Shown here in pieces: positions 41,673-55,736 of a DNA stretch of 64,000 nt. The notes below the pieces were generated by a model. The model had not been told where the DNA came from, did no database searches, and was given only the letters and a program-made list of their open reading frames with translations. The position numbers were made by a program, and so were the translations under genes. Origin of the DNA: Stegostoma tigrinum (Eukaryota); contig NC_081380.1 in the NCBI RefSeq assembly GCF_030684315.1, positions 45,348,771-45,412,770 of the forward strand, given 5' to 3'. Position 1 is the first letter of the stretch. The number at the start of each line of letters is the position of its first letter.

Positions 41673-41899
41673 GGAGGAAAGAAACTCCCAGCAATTAAAT
41701 CAGGAGAATGTAAATCAATGTCCAATCAGGGTGTGTGTCTGAACTGATCACAATGTTTCCCCACTAATTAAAGAAAATACATGAATGAGTTGTCAAAGAT
41801 GTCCTTTCTCATCTGTTTCTTACCTAGTGTAGTTCAACCATTGAGTGCAACTGGACAGAACTTGGTACAGATGCAGAGTTAATGCTGACTGCACAGCAG

Positions 41900-42698
41900 C
41901 AAAACCTACACCTCCCGCGCCCCCACCTCTTCCCGCCCTCACCCGCATCCCAGGCCCCAAGAGGCCTTTCCACATCAAACAGATGCTCATCTGCACATCT
42001 GCTAATGTGGTATACTGTATCTGTTGTTCCCATTGTGGCCTCCCCTACATCGGGGAAACCACACGGAGGCTTGGGAACTGCTTTGTGGAACACCTACACT
42101 CGGCTCACAACAAACAAATGCACCTCCTAGTTGTGAACCATTTCAACACCCCCTCCCACTCCTTGGACAACATGTCCGACCTGGGCCTCCTGCATTGCCA
42201 TGATGATGGCACCTGAAGTCTGTAGGAACAGCATCTCATATTTCGCTTGGGAACGCTGCAATGTGGACTCCACAAGCTTCAAAATCTCCCCTTCCCCGAA
42301 TGATGTCTCAAAACCAGCCCAACTTGACCCCACCTCCCTAACCATTTCTCCCACTCCCATCTCCTCCCCACTAACCTCATCCCGCCCCCTTGACCTGTCC
42401 GTCCTCCCTGGACTGACCTATCCTCTCCCTAATTCCCCATCTACATTCACCTTTACTGGCTTCAACACCGCCTCTTTGACCTGTCTGCCTCCTCTCCACC
42501 TATTTTCTCCTCTATCCATCTTCTATCTGCCTCCCCCCCTCCCTATTTATTTCAGAATCCCCTTCCCCTCCCCCATTTCTGAAGAAGGGTCTCGACCCGA
42601 AACGTCAGCTTTCCTGCTCCTCCAATGCTGCTTAACCTGCTGTGTTCATCCAGCTCTACACCTTTTATCCCAGTTTCATTGGCAGTTCCTACTATCTC
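41900..42698 (+). mobile_element. Penelope-like element 3' fragment (GIY-YIG domain plus hammerhead terminus)
   Basis: CTSANVVYCICCSHCGLPYIGETTRRLGNCFVEH; terminal CTGAAGA-A-GGGTCTCGACCC-GAAACGTC at 42579-42606. Confidence 0.85.
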
Positions 42699-43076
42699 AG
42701 CATCAAAACCTGTCCTTATTGCTGCAGTTGTTGACATAGTGTCATTGCTACATTTGGCCCAGCATTCCATTGGATAGGCCACATTCCAATTGCTCTCTCT
42801 CTTGCATGGTGGTAAGTGTGTGGAAGAAGATGGCACCTCTGTAGCACATTCGGACTGTCAGTGGGGAAGCAAAGCCGAGGAAAATAAAGCAAAGGTCGGC
42901 ATTAGATTGCTGGAACTTTTACATCAGTCAGTAGCCATAACCCCTGCAACATCACAACAAAACATCAAACAGGTCCAATCTAACTGTTTCTCAATTTCTG
43001 ACCTCCCCTCTCCATTAACAAGTTTCCTATTCCTCACAGTCATCTTTGTGTCTCCGGTTTTTTGGACAGCTACTTA

Positions 43077-43383
43077 GGGCGGCACGGTAGCTCAGTGGTT
43101 AGCACTGCAGCCTCACAGTGCCAGGGATCCGGGTTCGATTCCAGCCTCATGTGACTGTGTGGAGTTTGCACATTCTCCCCGTGTCTGCGTGGATTTTCTC
43201 CGGGTGCTCCAGTTTCCTCCCACAGTCCAAAGATGTGCAGGCTAGGTGGATCGGCCATGCTAAATTGCCCGCAGTGTTCAGGGGTGTGTGGGTTATAGGG
43301 GGATGGGTCTGGATGTGATGCTTCAAGGGGCAGTGTGGACTTGTTGGGCCGAAGGGCCTGTTTCCACACTGTAGGGAATCTAA
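43077..43383 (+). mobile_element. tRNA-derived V-SINE (HE1-like)
   Basis: GGGCGGCACGGTAGCTCAGTGG...GGTTCGATTCC head and V-domain. Confidence 0.85.
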
Positions 43384-46300
43384 TCAAATCTACTTCACTT
43401 ATAGGAATATGGGGTGAACTGTCTCCAATTCAGTTTCATTCAAGATGAAGCTTGGAGATTTGTCTGCATTTTTCTATCAGATTCCACCCAACTGCATCAC
43501 TTTGCTATCAGCCCGTGCCATTCTTGACAAGGGGAATATTAGATTGTCTGTCAACCTTTGTATTTGTATTTTCAACCGCAAATGAGCATATATACAAATT
43601 AGGAGCAGAAGTAGCTGATTTAGCCATTCAAGCATGCTTCACCATTCAGTATGATCGTGGATATGTTTGTGTTAAAAATGTAGTGTGGTATGTTGTGAAC
43701 CATTGAAATGATCTGCAACTGAGCCCAGGGTAGTAATGATTGTTAGTTGTATACATGTAAATGCAAGTTAATCAACACTGTGAAATAAAACAAAATATGC
43801 TGGAACATTTACTTTTGACACAATTCCTATCATTTTGAAACAGTGAGAAACATTATTAAGATATTTAAATGTTACACTAAATATTCATGATGCTGTGTGA
43901 ATACCCATTGTGCACTTTATAGTGTGCAAATATTTATCATGTTCAACAAACATGAATTTGATCTGTTATGCACGGTGTAAGTATTTCTTAAATTTTGTGA
44001 AAGTAAGATTTTATAAATATTTATCGTATTGCGCATAAATTTATTGCTCCACATTTATAGTCAATATTTATGATTATATATTTATATATGTGAATGCTTA
44101 ATGTCCCCATTAAAAACAAGACATAGGGACATCACATGAATGCATTAAACATTCTCAAATATTCATATTACATAAGCTAAAGATTTTACTGTTTTAACTC
44201 CACTTAATGATCAGAGTTTAATTGTGCCTTAATAGCAGATATCACCAAGAGTATGCACTTGGATCACTGACAGTTTCTCAGCATTCAGAAACAAATCTAT
44301 AAGCTTCCTATGGGATGCTAATTGCCTATATCTGTGAGCAAATGAGCTCATTAATGTCTCCACAAGCCCTTTTGAGAATACTGCATTACGCTGACTAGGA
44401 GTTTTCTCTGATAGCTTCTAAAGACAAAGCCGCAGTTATTGAATTCAATGCTAACTCACTGAATGCAATCCTGAAGTCTCCTGATATACCCACGGGACTC
44501 CTTGCAATATTACCCACTCTCTAGTATTGTATAATCTCTGTTTTCTATTTTTGGCAAATAACATCATGTCCAGTATTGAAAGGCACACATCCAGGCTGGG
44601 GAGTTAACCTTTCCCACTCTACTCTCTTCATTGCAAGCTGTAAATGAAGAAAGATATCTCCTGCTGATCTCTTCTCTGACTGTGCCTAGTTTAGAAAAGG
44701 AAGTCCTTAAAATAAAAAGCAAAGTTTTGGATTTTTTTTGACCTGCCAAAGGACATCTACAGGAAGGATCCAAGACACAAATGCACCCTATCAGGTATGT
44801 AAGTATAAAGTCAGTTAAAGAGCAATGCCTCTTTCCCTCTCCCTGCCTCTTCTGTCACTTGCTGATCAGATCTTACTACGCAGTGCCATTATCGTTGCCT
44901 GTTCTGGACAACGATTTGAATCTTCAGCTTGAAGGTGTCTTTATTTATATGGCTTTGGTTTTGTTTTTACCCCGTTCTTATTTTCAACTGCAGATAAATC
45001 CATTTTTGCTGATTCTCAAAAGCTCGGTGTGACTGGAGATCAACCTTACTTCCACTCTTTTGGTCCCCAGATTCCATCCACACCATTGTGCGGATGATTT
45101 CCTTCAAGGTCCTGCCCACACTTCTCTTACACCTTCCACCCATTCACTCCCTTTGGGTTTACTCCACAGGCAGTCTTAATGATGCTAACGGAGGTATGAC
45201 AAGCTGAATGGCCTCCTTCCATGCTGTGTTATTCTATATTTTCTGAACTCTCAATGCCTGAAACCAATTTTTTAACAAAACAAACCAAAATCTAGGAAAT
45301 TGAAATGCTGCAGCAGAATCTGTATTATGTAGCATTTCTTGCTTTGCACACCAATGTATTTGTCACATGAGGGCATATAGAGTAGCACTTTCTCTGAAAA
45401 ATCTGAGGTAATCTCATTATGGAGAAAACTCTTAGAAGTCTTCAGGTCAGATGCTGAGAGGCTGTTTCTCTGATCTGGTGAGTCTAGAACTAGCCAACAG
45501 AGTCTCAAGATAAGGGATTGGCTATGTTGGACTGAGATAGGTAGGAATTTCTACTCCTGAGTGTTGTGAATGTTTAGTCATTGAGTATATTTAAGTTCAC
45601 TATACCTTTTGTACTGTGGGGATATGGAGATAATACAGGAAGGTGGATTTGATGTAGAAAATGTTTCTACCACTTGCGGATCAGACTCTGAATGTATGGT
45701 CAATTATCATTAAATGCTTATGTTAAAATCAATGTGGAAATGGGGTTAATGGCAAAGTGCAAGAAAATGAATGTAAGGGATTGTATAAACATAGAAAATT
45801 TTCTCTGCCAATTTTGAGAGCGCTGAGATAAGCAGCCAAAAGTCTTTTTGTCGTAAAGGCAACACGACAAAGGCATGTCCAGGGAACAAGATTCAGAGAT
45901 AGTAGGGAATGAGGTGCATGTAAAGCCCAGCAAGAACAGAAATGTTTAAATGAGACACTAGAATAAAAGGTTAACCAGTACCTTAAACGGGGACTTTCAC
46001 CAGCAATAGGGGAACCAAGGTGGTGCTGGACACTCAAAACGATCCAAATCCACATGCTCAAAAGGAACGTGTGGACAGTTGAAAGGAAAAAAAGGCATAT
46101 TGTTTCCCAAAACCCGCTAATTTCATTGATCCTCAAAGTAGCAAGAACAGTAATAACATGCAAAACTGTCTCTAGAAAACAAGAAAAGGCTGTTAAGAGA
46201 AGGCTTTAAAGAAAATGAAAAAAAAACTCAACAATTTGTTTAATACCTCATGATTTTTTTCCTGTTGCCTAGGATATTTAACCTTTAACTTCAGGGGACA

Positions 46301-47017
46301 CCATTGGCGATCTTTATTATTCCCTGATTGGAGGATCCCTTTAAGTTAGCGGTCCTAGAGTGTTCCTGTTACTCGAGTACTGTGTACGCTCTTCTGCAGA
46401 CAAATCATAAAAGGTCTCATAATTTAGTCAATCAAAACACATGCAAAATTCATTTGGTGCTCTTGATCAGTACTCAGTGACCCAGCAAGGAATTGTGGCT
46501 GGAAAGAATTGCTCATTTAGAGGCTGAAGAATTAAATTATCCTTTACCAGTAGGTTATATTGGCCTTGGAAGGCCATCATGAGTTCAGCTGCATGATACT
46601 GGGTTTGTCTTCCCTCAAGTTTAGAAGATTAAGGGGTGATCTAGTTGAAATGTTTACAAAGAAAGGATTCAGTTGTTTAGACAGAGGGGAACTATTTCCT
46701 CTGGTCCAAATGGTCAAAACAAGAGAGAATAAACTAGAGAATTAGAGCCAAGTCATTCAGGGGTAATGTCAAGAAGGACAGGCTGGCTATCACCTTCACC
46801 CACATCAAACTGCCACCCCCAACAACCCCCCTCCGACACCCCCACCACCATACAAAGGAAAGTGGAACTTCGGCATTCTTTCCCTCATTAAGGTGTTGAG
46901 GCAGGGGTCAGTTGAAAATTCAAGAGTGAGATTGATTGTTTTTGGTTGGATATGGGTATGAAGGGTTAGTGAACCAAGGTAGTCGGATAGAGTTGAGGTA
47001 CAGGTTACTGCCCAGTC

Positions 47018-47478
47018 CAAATAAGTAGCAGAATAGGCTGGAGAGACTGAATGGTTTTCAGTATTCAGATGTTGTCACCCTTAATTTTTTTGAAAATTTC
47101 CATCTGTGTTAAATTTTCTTTTACTAACTCCATCTATGTGTTTTGATTTGGTGTGACTGTCCTTGAGTTGATTTGACCATAATGCAAACTGTATAATGAT
47201 TAGCTCTGTGCAAGCAATGATTGAGTTAGTGTGCAACCACTCACACTCTCTTTACAGCTGAGCATTTATTACTGAATTGCAGCATTTTTAAAAATTCAGT
47301 TGACTTGACGAAGCTAGTAAATGTCCACTCGTAAAAGCATTAAGGAAGTATTATGAAGTATTATGGAGTTAGTAAAAGAAAATTTAACACAGATGGAAAT
47401 TTTCAAAAAAATTAAGGGTGACAACATCTGAATACTGAAAACCATTCAGTCTCTCCAGCCTATTCTGCTACTTATTTG
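47018..47478. repeat. 116-bp inverted duplication (47018-47133 and 47363-47478)
   Basis: Arms are exact reverse complements by manual reading; 229-bp spacer. Confidence 0.9.
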
Positions 47479-47604
47479 ATTACATTTCAAAAACATTTAT
47501 TACACAGCAAATTACTTTGAATATCAATGGCTAATATTAGATAGACAAATGCAGAATGACACCACATTTAGCATCAAAGTGACTGGCTACTTAAACTAAA
47601 GATT

Positions 47605-49120
47605 CATAAATGTTTACTGCACAAAAAGAGGCCATTCAGCCTGACATGCCTGAACCTGTCAACAGAGACCTGATTACATTAAATGCATTTTCCAGATCTT
47701 GATGCATCGTCCTGGATGCAACGGCAATGCAAGTGAATATCTAAATACTGTTTAAACGTTACAAGAGCTTCTGATGTGACCACCCTTTGAGGCAATGCTC
47801 CAGAGTCCCATCGCCCTCTGGGTAAAAGCATCTATCCTCAACTCTCGTGTTAGACTTCTAACTCTTACATTAATCTATCATTCTTGGCTATTGGCCTCTG
47901 TACTAACGAAAAAAACGTGCCCTCCTGTCCAGTGTATATCGTTCATAATCTTCTACACTTCTATCAGATCCCCTCTTAATCTTCATTGCTCCAATGAAAA
48001 CAAACCCAATCTAAGTAATCTTTCATCATAGTTCAGACCCTCCAGCCCAGGAAATATCTTGGTAAATCTTCTGTGCACCATGTCTAGTGCACCATGTCTT
48101 ATTTTTCATATAAGGTGGTGACCAGAACTGCACACAATACTCCAGTTGTAGCCTAACCAACCTTTTATACAGTTCCAGCCTAACCCCCGCCTTATATTGT
48201 GTGCCTCAGCTAATAACGGCAAGTATCGAATATAACTTTTTAACCACTTTATCTACCTGCCCTGATTCGTTCAAGGATCTGTGGATCTATAGATAGACCA
48301 AGAACTTCAATACTTTCTAGGTTCCTACCATCCATAGTGTAATTCTTTGCCTTGTTGGCCCTCCTCAAGCATGTTACCTCACCCGTTTCTGGGTTGAATT
48401 ACTTCTGCCACTGCTCTGCTCACCTGACCAGTCCATTGATACCCTTCTACACTATTTACCACCCTACCAGGTTTTGTACCATCTGCAAATCTGTTGATCA
48501 CACCCCTGACATTTAAGTCCAAATCATTAATGTACAGAAGAAACAGCACTGACCCTGCAGAACCGCACAGGAAATAGACTTCTAGACTCAGATGCATCCC
48601 TCCACCGTTTCCTTCTGCTTTTTACCTCCCAGCCAGTTTTGGATCCATTGTGCCACTTTGCCTTGGAAGCTGTGGGCTGTTACTTTCTTGCCATGGGGGA
48701 CCCATCAAAAGCGTGGCCAACATCCATGTAGACCACATCAAATGCATCACCCTCAACAATACTCCTGTTACCTCCTCAATGAATTTGATCAAATTCGTCA
48801 AACACAACATTCTCATAGCAAATCCATGCTAACTATCCCTGATTAATTAGTATCTCTCCAAGTCCAGACATATTCTGCCCCTCAGAATCCTAATAACTTA
48901 CCCACTACTAAGGTTAGTGGCTTGTAATTTCTTGGTCTTTCCTCCAGGCCTCTGGAATCTAACCTGTGGCCAGAGAAAATTATAGCTATGTCCTGATTAT
49001 AAATAATTTGAAAATTATAGATAGGTCCTGATTTCTCCTCCCTTGGCTCCCTCAACAGCCTGTGTTACATCTCTTCTGGGACTGTGGATCTATATACCCT
49101 TAAGCTTCTGAACCCATTCC
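47605..49120 (-). mobile_element. CR1 LINE fragment
   Basis: CLTNLIKFIEEVT; YINDLDLNVRGVINRFADGTK. Confidence 0.8.
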
Positions 49121-49749
49121 TATCTCCTTATCTTAATTTCTTCCAGTATTTCACAGTTCACAGTTAAATTTAAAAACAAAATTATTTTTAACCTTGTTGA
49201 TTGAGGGAGGCATTTTGAAACGAATGAATCCAAGTTCTAAGGGAGCATTAATGTTCACCAGAGAAAGCTAGATGACAGAGGTTTGGACTTAAGGTCCCAT
49301 CTGATGCATAACACCTCCAACACGACTGCTCTCCCTTGGTGTTTGCTTGGTGGGTCAAGTCTGGGTTATTTCCTGAGCCCAATTCCTTTTAGGGAAAGTA
49401 TGCTGACAGCCTGAGGATGCTGCTTCACCTCCTGTAACACCCTGAGGAAACCCGCACTGTTAAACCCAGCAGGGCAACATATATCACCCAACTAACATTA
49501 CTTAAATCGGCTTATCTTCCTGGTAATTCATTGATGTTTCACGGATCTTGCAGTGAATGATTTTGTAGCTATGATTTCCGACGCTAAGACAATGAGTACT
49601 CTTCAAGATTTCTTCCTTTGCTTTGGGAGGAAGCTGAGGTTGTGAAAGGCACTATAGAGATGCAAGTCTTTCTTGATATCAATCCCCTCAGTAGGTGAGT
49701 GATTGGATTAAATTGCATTTAGTCTTCCCACTGTTGTAATGAAGGGTTA

Positions 49750-49939
49750 GAGATAATGGGAACTACGGATGCTGGAGAATCCAAGACAACAAAGTGTGGA
49801 GCTGGATGAACACAGCAGGCCAAGCAGCATCTCAGGAGCACAAAAGCTGACGTTTCAGGCCTAGACCCTTCATCAGAGAGAGCTCTCGCTGAGATGCTGC
49901 TTGGCCTGCTGTGTTCATCCAGCTCCACACTTTGTTGCC
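49750..49939. mobile_element. Penelope-derived palindromic mini-element
   Basis: ATGAAGGGTTA repeated at 49739-49749 and 49940-49950; hammerhead core on - strand at 49849-49876. Confidence 0.85.
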
Positions 49940-50558
49940 ATGAAGGGTTAATCTGAGTTTTGGTGGTGGTGCTGTGGACTCTCATCCCAGAACAGTGGGT
50001 AAAGCCCATTGTGATGATCCCACTTGTGGTGCAATGGTTGTGTTTGTTCCCCTGGACTGAGAGACTTGGGTTCAAGTCCCGCGTGCTCCGGAGGTAAGTA
50101 ATACCATCTTTGAACAGGTTGACTAGAAAAATGGGTTAAATAAAAATTAAGCCCGCTCCACTGCACCCCCACCCCCACCCCCACCCCACCCTGTGTGTAA
50201 TAAACTGGGACCTTCAATCTCCATTTGAACCATTGGAATGCGTAGACTAGTTCAATGTTCCTACCTAAAGGGTGACGCCTGACAACGCAGCACCCCCTCG
50301 GCACTATGTGTGTCAGTTCACCCTCTGAGCTTAATCCCCTCATGTGGGACTTGGACCTAGAATTGAGTGACTCACAGACAAGAACAGCAACGACTGCAAG
50401 AAACCAGGAGGGGACGATCCTTCATCCACTCTCTGATGAATTATTATAACAGTGATTACACTTCAGAAGTGTGAATTGGCTGTGAAGCACACTGGGATGT
50501 GCCGAGCATGGGAAATAAAATCAATTTATCAGTCTGCCCTAAGTATTACAAAAAGCAG

Positions 50559-52331
50559 TTGATAGGATACATACAAATGAGAAATAATTTCCCCTGATGG
50601 GAGAATCTAGATCAAGAGATGGAAGGGTACTTTCTCAAAATTAGAACCAATCCATCCATATATCGGTCAGTATATTTGGAATTCTTCTCCCCTCCATGGA
50701 AGTTTGTAGAAGCTGAGGGACAATTAGAATATTCAAGAATTGAAATGAGTAAATTCCTGTTGGACGAGGGATGTCAGGGAATATGGTGATAAAGTAAATG
50801 AAGTTGAGGTACAGATGGAAACATTGGTTTAAGGACCTGAATGGCCTCCTGGTCCTATGACGAATATCATTAGTAGGATCTCAAACAAGCGTTTCCCTGA
50901 ATTTTGCTGCTCTTGATAAATCATTATGAATATTTTGTTTAACTTTGTATATATTAAATTTCATGGTTAAAAAATATTATTAACTTAGGTTCTGACTATT
51001 GAATGCTTTGATGATGCTGAGATATCGCACTCGACAAAGGAAGTGGTTGCGGCGATGAAGCACGAAGCCATTGAACAGTGCTGATGGCATTAGTTTTGGA
51101 AAACAGCTTGGTGTTTTGATGACCACAGTGAGAAGGAAATGGCAAGGGGAGGCAATGAAGCATCTTTAATGCTGGATCCTCCAACTAGTTCAAGCTATCA
51201 ACCTAGAATCAATTAATCCCTCGCTGCAACACTGCCCGAGCAGTGGGTATTGTGCAGTTAATCTAAAGGTAACAGAAATGGACAATCATCTTGGCAATTT
51301 CAGAATTTGCACTTTGTTTAAGGGCAAGAAGGAATCTCAATTTTGGGAAGTAGAAATCAGCAGTTTCACAATCTGTGCTGTTGGCAGTGATTACTCAAAA
51401 CCCACCTTCCTCAGCATAAGCAACTGTCACTGTCCCACAGACAGGGAGGCAAGGAGAGGATTCAGATCAAGCAAACAAAGGTAAATTGTTCCTAGTGGCA
51501 AGAGGATCAGCAATCAGACAGACGCAAACTTAAGGCGATCGGCAAAGGAACCACCAAGGAAAATAAGGAGAATATTTTTCACGCAGTGAGTTGTTGCAAT
51601 TTAGTGTATACTACCTGAAAGGGCTGGTGGAGCAGATTCAGTAGTCACTTACAAAACTTGAATATTGTTGAAAAGAGAAGTACCTTGCTGCAGCTTTTCA
51701 TTCGGCACTCTTCATGACAAGTGCAAGGATATCAAATATGTATATAAATATATGCTCTGTTGTGATTTATTGGATTTGCACTTTTGTCTCACATATCACT
51801 CATTTCAACAATAATTTTCAAAATTTAAGGACTTGAAAAAGATTAACTTTGCAGAGCAGCAGAGAGGGAGACTCAAGGCTAATTGGACAGCTCTTTCAAA
51901 AGCTAGCACCAGTGCGATGGGCTGAATGACCTCCTGTTCTGTATCATTCACAAATGACCATTCTGGTGCAAACGGTGGGACATTAGATTTGCAGAATGAT
52001 TGCAAGTGCAGTTGAAAATGTCTGTGTCTAAGAACTAACAAAATAATATCACATCAGATACTCTCCATATTTCCCCATTTGGAAATGAAATAGAAACTAA
52101 TTTAGGTCAGATGGCATTTTATGTAGTTTCTCTTTAATAAAATGGATCAACAAATATGTTTTATTGCTTTTATTTGATAGGATACATACAAATGAGAAAT
52201 AATTTCCCCTGATGGGAGAATCTAGATCAAGAGATGGAAGGATACTTTCTCAAAATTAGAACCAATCCATCCATATATTGGTCAGTATATTTGGAATTCT
52301 TCTCCCCTCCATGGAAGTTTGTAGAAGCTGA
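50559..52331 (+). repeat. 158-bp direct duplication (50559-50716 and 52174-52331)
   Basis: Two mismatches seen; offset 1615 bp. Confidence 0.9.
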
Positions 52332-53632
52332 ATTCATTTGTTACATAAATGCAAGCTTACACCATCCTGCTTTAAATAGCTGTAGAAATAGCAACAGACT
52401 ATTACATTAAACTCTGAACTTAAAACTGAGAGGTTGTCAAATGATTCCTAAGTTATTGATGAGCTATGAACAGGATGTCATCAGAAAAATTTTTAGATTG
52501 GGATTGTGTGGTTTACAGAAGAGAATATTATACACAGATCACATTAAGCCTCACCCACCATCACCTTTTCAAGAATGTCTGGGATGAGCAATAAATGTTG
52601 GTTTCACCAGCAACATTCACATCTCAGAAATGAAACAAACTAGAAAATATTCCACAGAAAGAGTCTCTTAGGCCCATCCTTCTCTGTTGTTGTATTCGCC
52701 CTCTGAAGTTCTTAGGAATGGGGTTCCACATTCAAGGGGTGATAGAAATAAAAGTTTCTGTTACTCTTTCAGCATTTTCTTCTTCAGAAGTAATAATTTT
52801 AATCTTAGATCCCACACATGATCAGCAAAGGGTAACTGCATGGTGACTGAGGATTTGAACTGTCTCAAAATTCTGGTTCTGAAACCCTAGCACTGACAGC
52901 ACACAATATCATTGTCACCAAACAGAAATTCTTAATACTAAGTCTCTGACAAGGACGTTGTAAGTTTACAAATTAGGGTTCACATTCCAGGGAATTGGGC
53001 TTTCTAACACGGGAGGGAGGGCATCAGATTTCTGTTCAATATCATTACAAAACATAGAATGATAAAGGTGTATAATATCTTGTGAATTCTAAATTCTGTT
53101 TCTAAACTGATTAATATATAATTTCAATTACCACTCATAATAAAGAGATTTAAAAATAGCTATAAGGGGTCTGTTCACTTTAAGTCATAGACCCTCTTAC
53201 CCTGGAGAGAGGTCAGTGGCTTGCAAGGTCCCCAGGAACATGATGTAGCAACAGAACAGTACAAATACTTGTACAACATGTGAATTGAAATGCAGTAATC
53301 GTTGTTGAAATGAGCAATTGCATCATTACAGTTTACATTTATGTTAGATCTTCAATCTAGAAAATCATCCTGAAGGACTGCGCAGAGATGAAGAAGAACT
53401 TCAACGTAAAGTTTCTTTATATATATTTTTAACATGCTGTGTGTCATTGAGTATGGTATTCCTGGAGTATTATTGGTTGTATTATTCTCAATATAGTCTG
53501 TAATGTACATTGTGTTACTGGATGTAATTGGAAATTGCACTTTTTTAACTTTTTTTTACAGAGTGTCTGAAGTTTGTCATTAGCCCTCTTCTGAACTGTA
53601 TCCTGGTTGGATGACCCTGTGCCTCTGTTGGA

Positions 53633-53940
53633 ATGAAGCGGTTGCACAGTGACGAAGCTGACCAGTCTGAGGTCACTGATGAAACTGGTTTGAATCTGGA
53701 TATCGATGATGTATTCATTGAGGACGAGGAACTGGAAAATTTCTTTCCAGCTCTTGGGTATTCCAATGTGTTGAAAGGCCCTTTGCTATCTGCTCCGAAC
53801 CTTTTGAAAAGGACACCGCAACGTTGCCACTTCCGTGAAGCTGATTCCTCAAAAGCAAAGGCACCAATGGATTCCTTTTTCCCAAAAGGCTATCAAACTT
53901 CACCGAAATCTAGTACAGTGGCAGCCCAGCAGAATGTGAA
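53633..53940 (+). CDS. TRPV1-4-clade channel, first coding exon (exon begins at acceptor 53561/53562)
   Basis: Long polypyrimidine acceptor; ORF contains KAPMDSFF, like the PMDS motif of TRPV1/3/4 N-termini; AA|gtgagt donor in phase 2. Confidence 0.8.
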
Positions 53941-53961
53941 GTGAGTGGGCAGCCCAATGTA

Positions 53962-54775
53962 AAGTCATAGAGGTCTACAGCACAGAAAAAAAAGGCCCTT
54001 TGGCCCATCAAGACTGTCCTGGTCAAAAACAACCACCTAACTATTCTAATTCTGTTTTCACAACACTTGGCCCATAGTCTTGTATTCCTTGGCATCACAA
54101 GTGCACATCTAAAAAATTCTTCAATGTTATGATGGGTTCTGGCCCTACCACCCTTGGGCAGTGAGTTCCAGGTTCCCACAATCTTCTGGGCGAAAAAAGC
54201 TTTTACTTTAAACAAATCCTCTAAACCTCCACTCCTTACTTTAAATCTGTGTGCCTCCAGTTGTTGTTCCCTCCACCAATGGGGAGAAGTTTTTTTTTCT
54301 GTCTATCCTGTCTATACCCCTCATAATTTTATAAATCTCAATCATGTCCCCCCGGGTCTTCTTTGTCCCATGGAAAACAACCCCAGTCTTCAGAACTAAA
54401 ACTCTCCAGCCCAGACAACATTCTGGAAAAACTCCTTTGTGCCGTATCCAATGCAGCCACACCTTTCCCATCATGTGGATTCCAGAACTGCATACATATC
54501 CTAGCTGTAGCCAAACCAGCATTCCAGTATTCCCGCTCTGAAACTCTAAGCCTTAGCTAATAAAAGCAAGCCTTCTTAACCACTTTATCTATCTGCCCGG
54601 CTATCTTAAGGGACTGGTGGACATGCGTACCAATGTTTCTTTGACCCTCAATGCTTGCCCAAGTGGATCACCTCACACCTATCTGGATTGAATTTACTAG
54701 CCCATCTATAACCTCCTGTAATCTAAGGCTATCCTCGTCATTATTTTACCATCTCACCAATTTTCATATCACTGA
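53962..54775 (-). mobile_element. CR1 LINE 3' fragment
   Basis: RGDMIEIYKIMRGIDRID; FFAQKIVGTWNSLP. Confidence 0.78.
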
Positions 54776-55736
54776 CAATGACCCAGTCTCATATTTCGTT
54801 TCATACTGTTCCTGTGAAGTGCCTTGAGCCATTATAGACTCTGTATAAATAAATGTGTTGTTGTGTGAATGGGCCATGCTGTGTTTCATTGAGGCAGTGC
54901 TCTGGAAGCCAAGCCCCACTCATCCCAGAATTGTTACAAAAGTTAAAGACTTTTAAAAACATACTGAGTTCCCCAATTTACCTATCTTTTTGACCCAGGA
55001 TGACAGAAAGCATGAACAAAAATGACCATTTATTGTATAAAAAATAGACATCAGCTACATGTAAATAATTATGAACAATCAACATATCATTTTACTAGTC
55101 GAAACTCCAAACCACTGAAACAGCTTCTTCACACATACTGACAGACACAAAATAAAGCTGCTCATTATGGGGGTGCAGGGAAAATGGGAAGGCAGTCCAT
55201 CAGTCCCTGACTGCAGGGTTTGCTGAAATGAGCCTTTTGTTGATTAAAATACCGCTTCTTGACCTTCCTTCTCCAGGTACTTTCACTTGTTTGCAGGAAT
55301 CACAGGGTCACTGGTTCACAATTATAAATGTCCCTGATGTATTAATTAAATGTCAAAGCTTGCTGCAACTGATAAACAGAAATAAAATAGCTATTTTCGG
55401 GCTTGAGATGCTTTCTCCTCCAGGACAAGAACAGCTCATTCTCTTCCAGAAGTCCGATGGTTTCTGACCCAACTATTAAAACCATTAAGTTGCTCAGCTG
55501 CCTGGGAGCCAATCATTTAGTTGTTGGTAGATCTTCAAGGGTTGTGGGGCTGACAGAGGTCATGAGGTAGGGAGGAGCATGCCAGGGGCAGACTAGAAAA
55601 TAGGAACGAAAATTTTAAACAGGATGGGTTGATGAACAATGAGTCAGTGTTAGTCTGTGAGTACAAGGAACTTACTTTGTCATCTAATTGATTATTGATT
55701 TCTTCTATTGCATTAAGGAGATTTTCTTATCCACAG

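Noticed and set aside
42200-42739. 179-aa Pro/Ser/Leu-rich ORF containing EEGSRPETSAF, a peptide that recurs across the ORF track
   Set aside because: The recurring peptide is the translation of the hammerhead-bearing repeat, not a protein domain
44565-44799. Candidate non-coding first exon of the TRPV gene (CAG|gtatgt near 44794)
   Set aside because: A donor-like motif alone is insufficient without transcript evidence
45721-46439. Possible LTR with TGTT...AACA ends
   Set aside because: No TSD and no second copy in the window; 4-bp termini occur by chance
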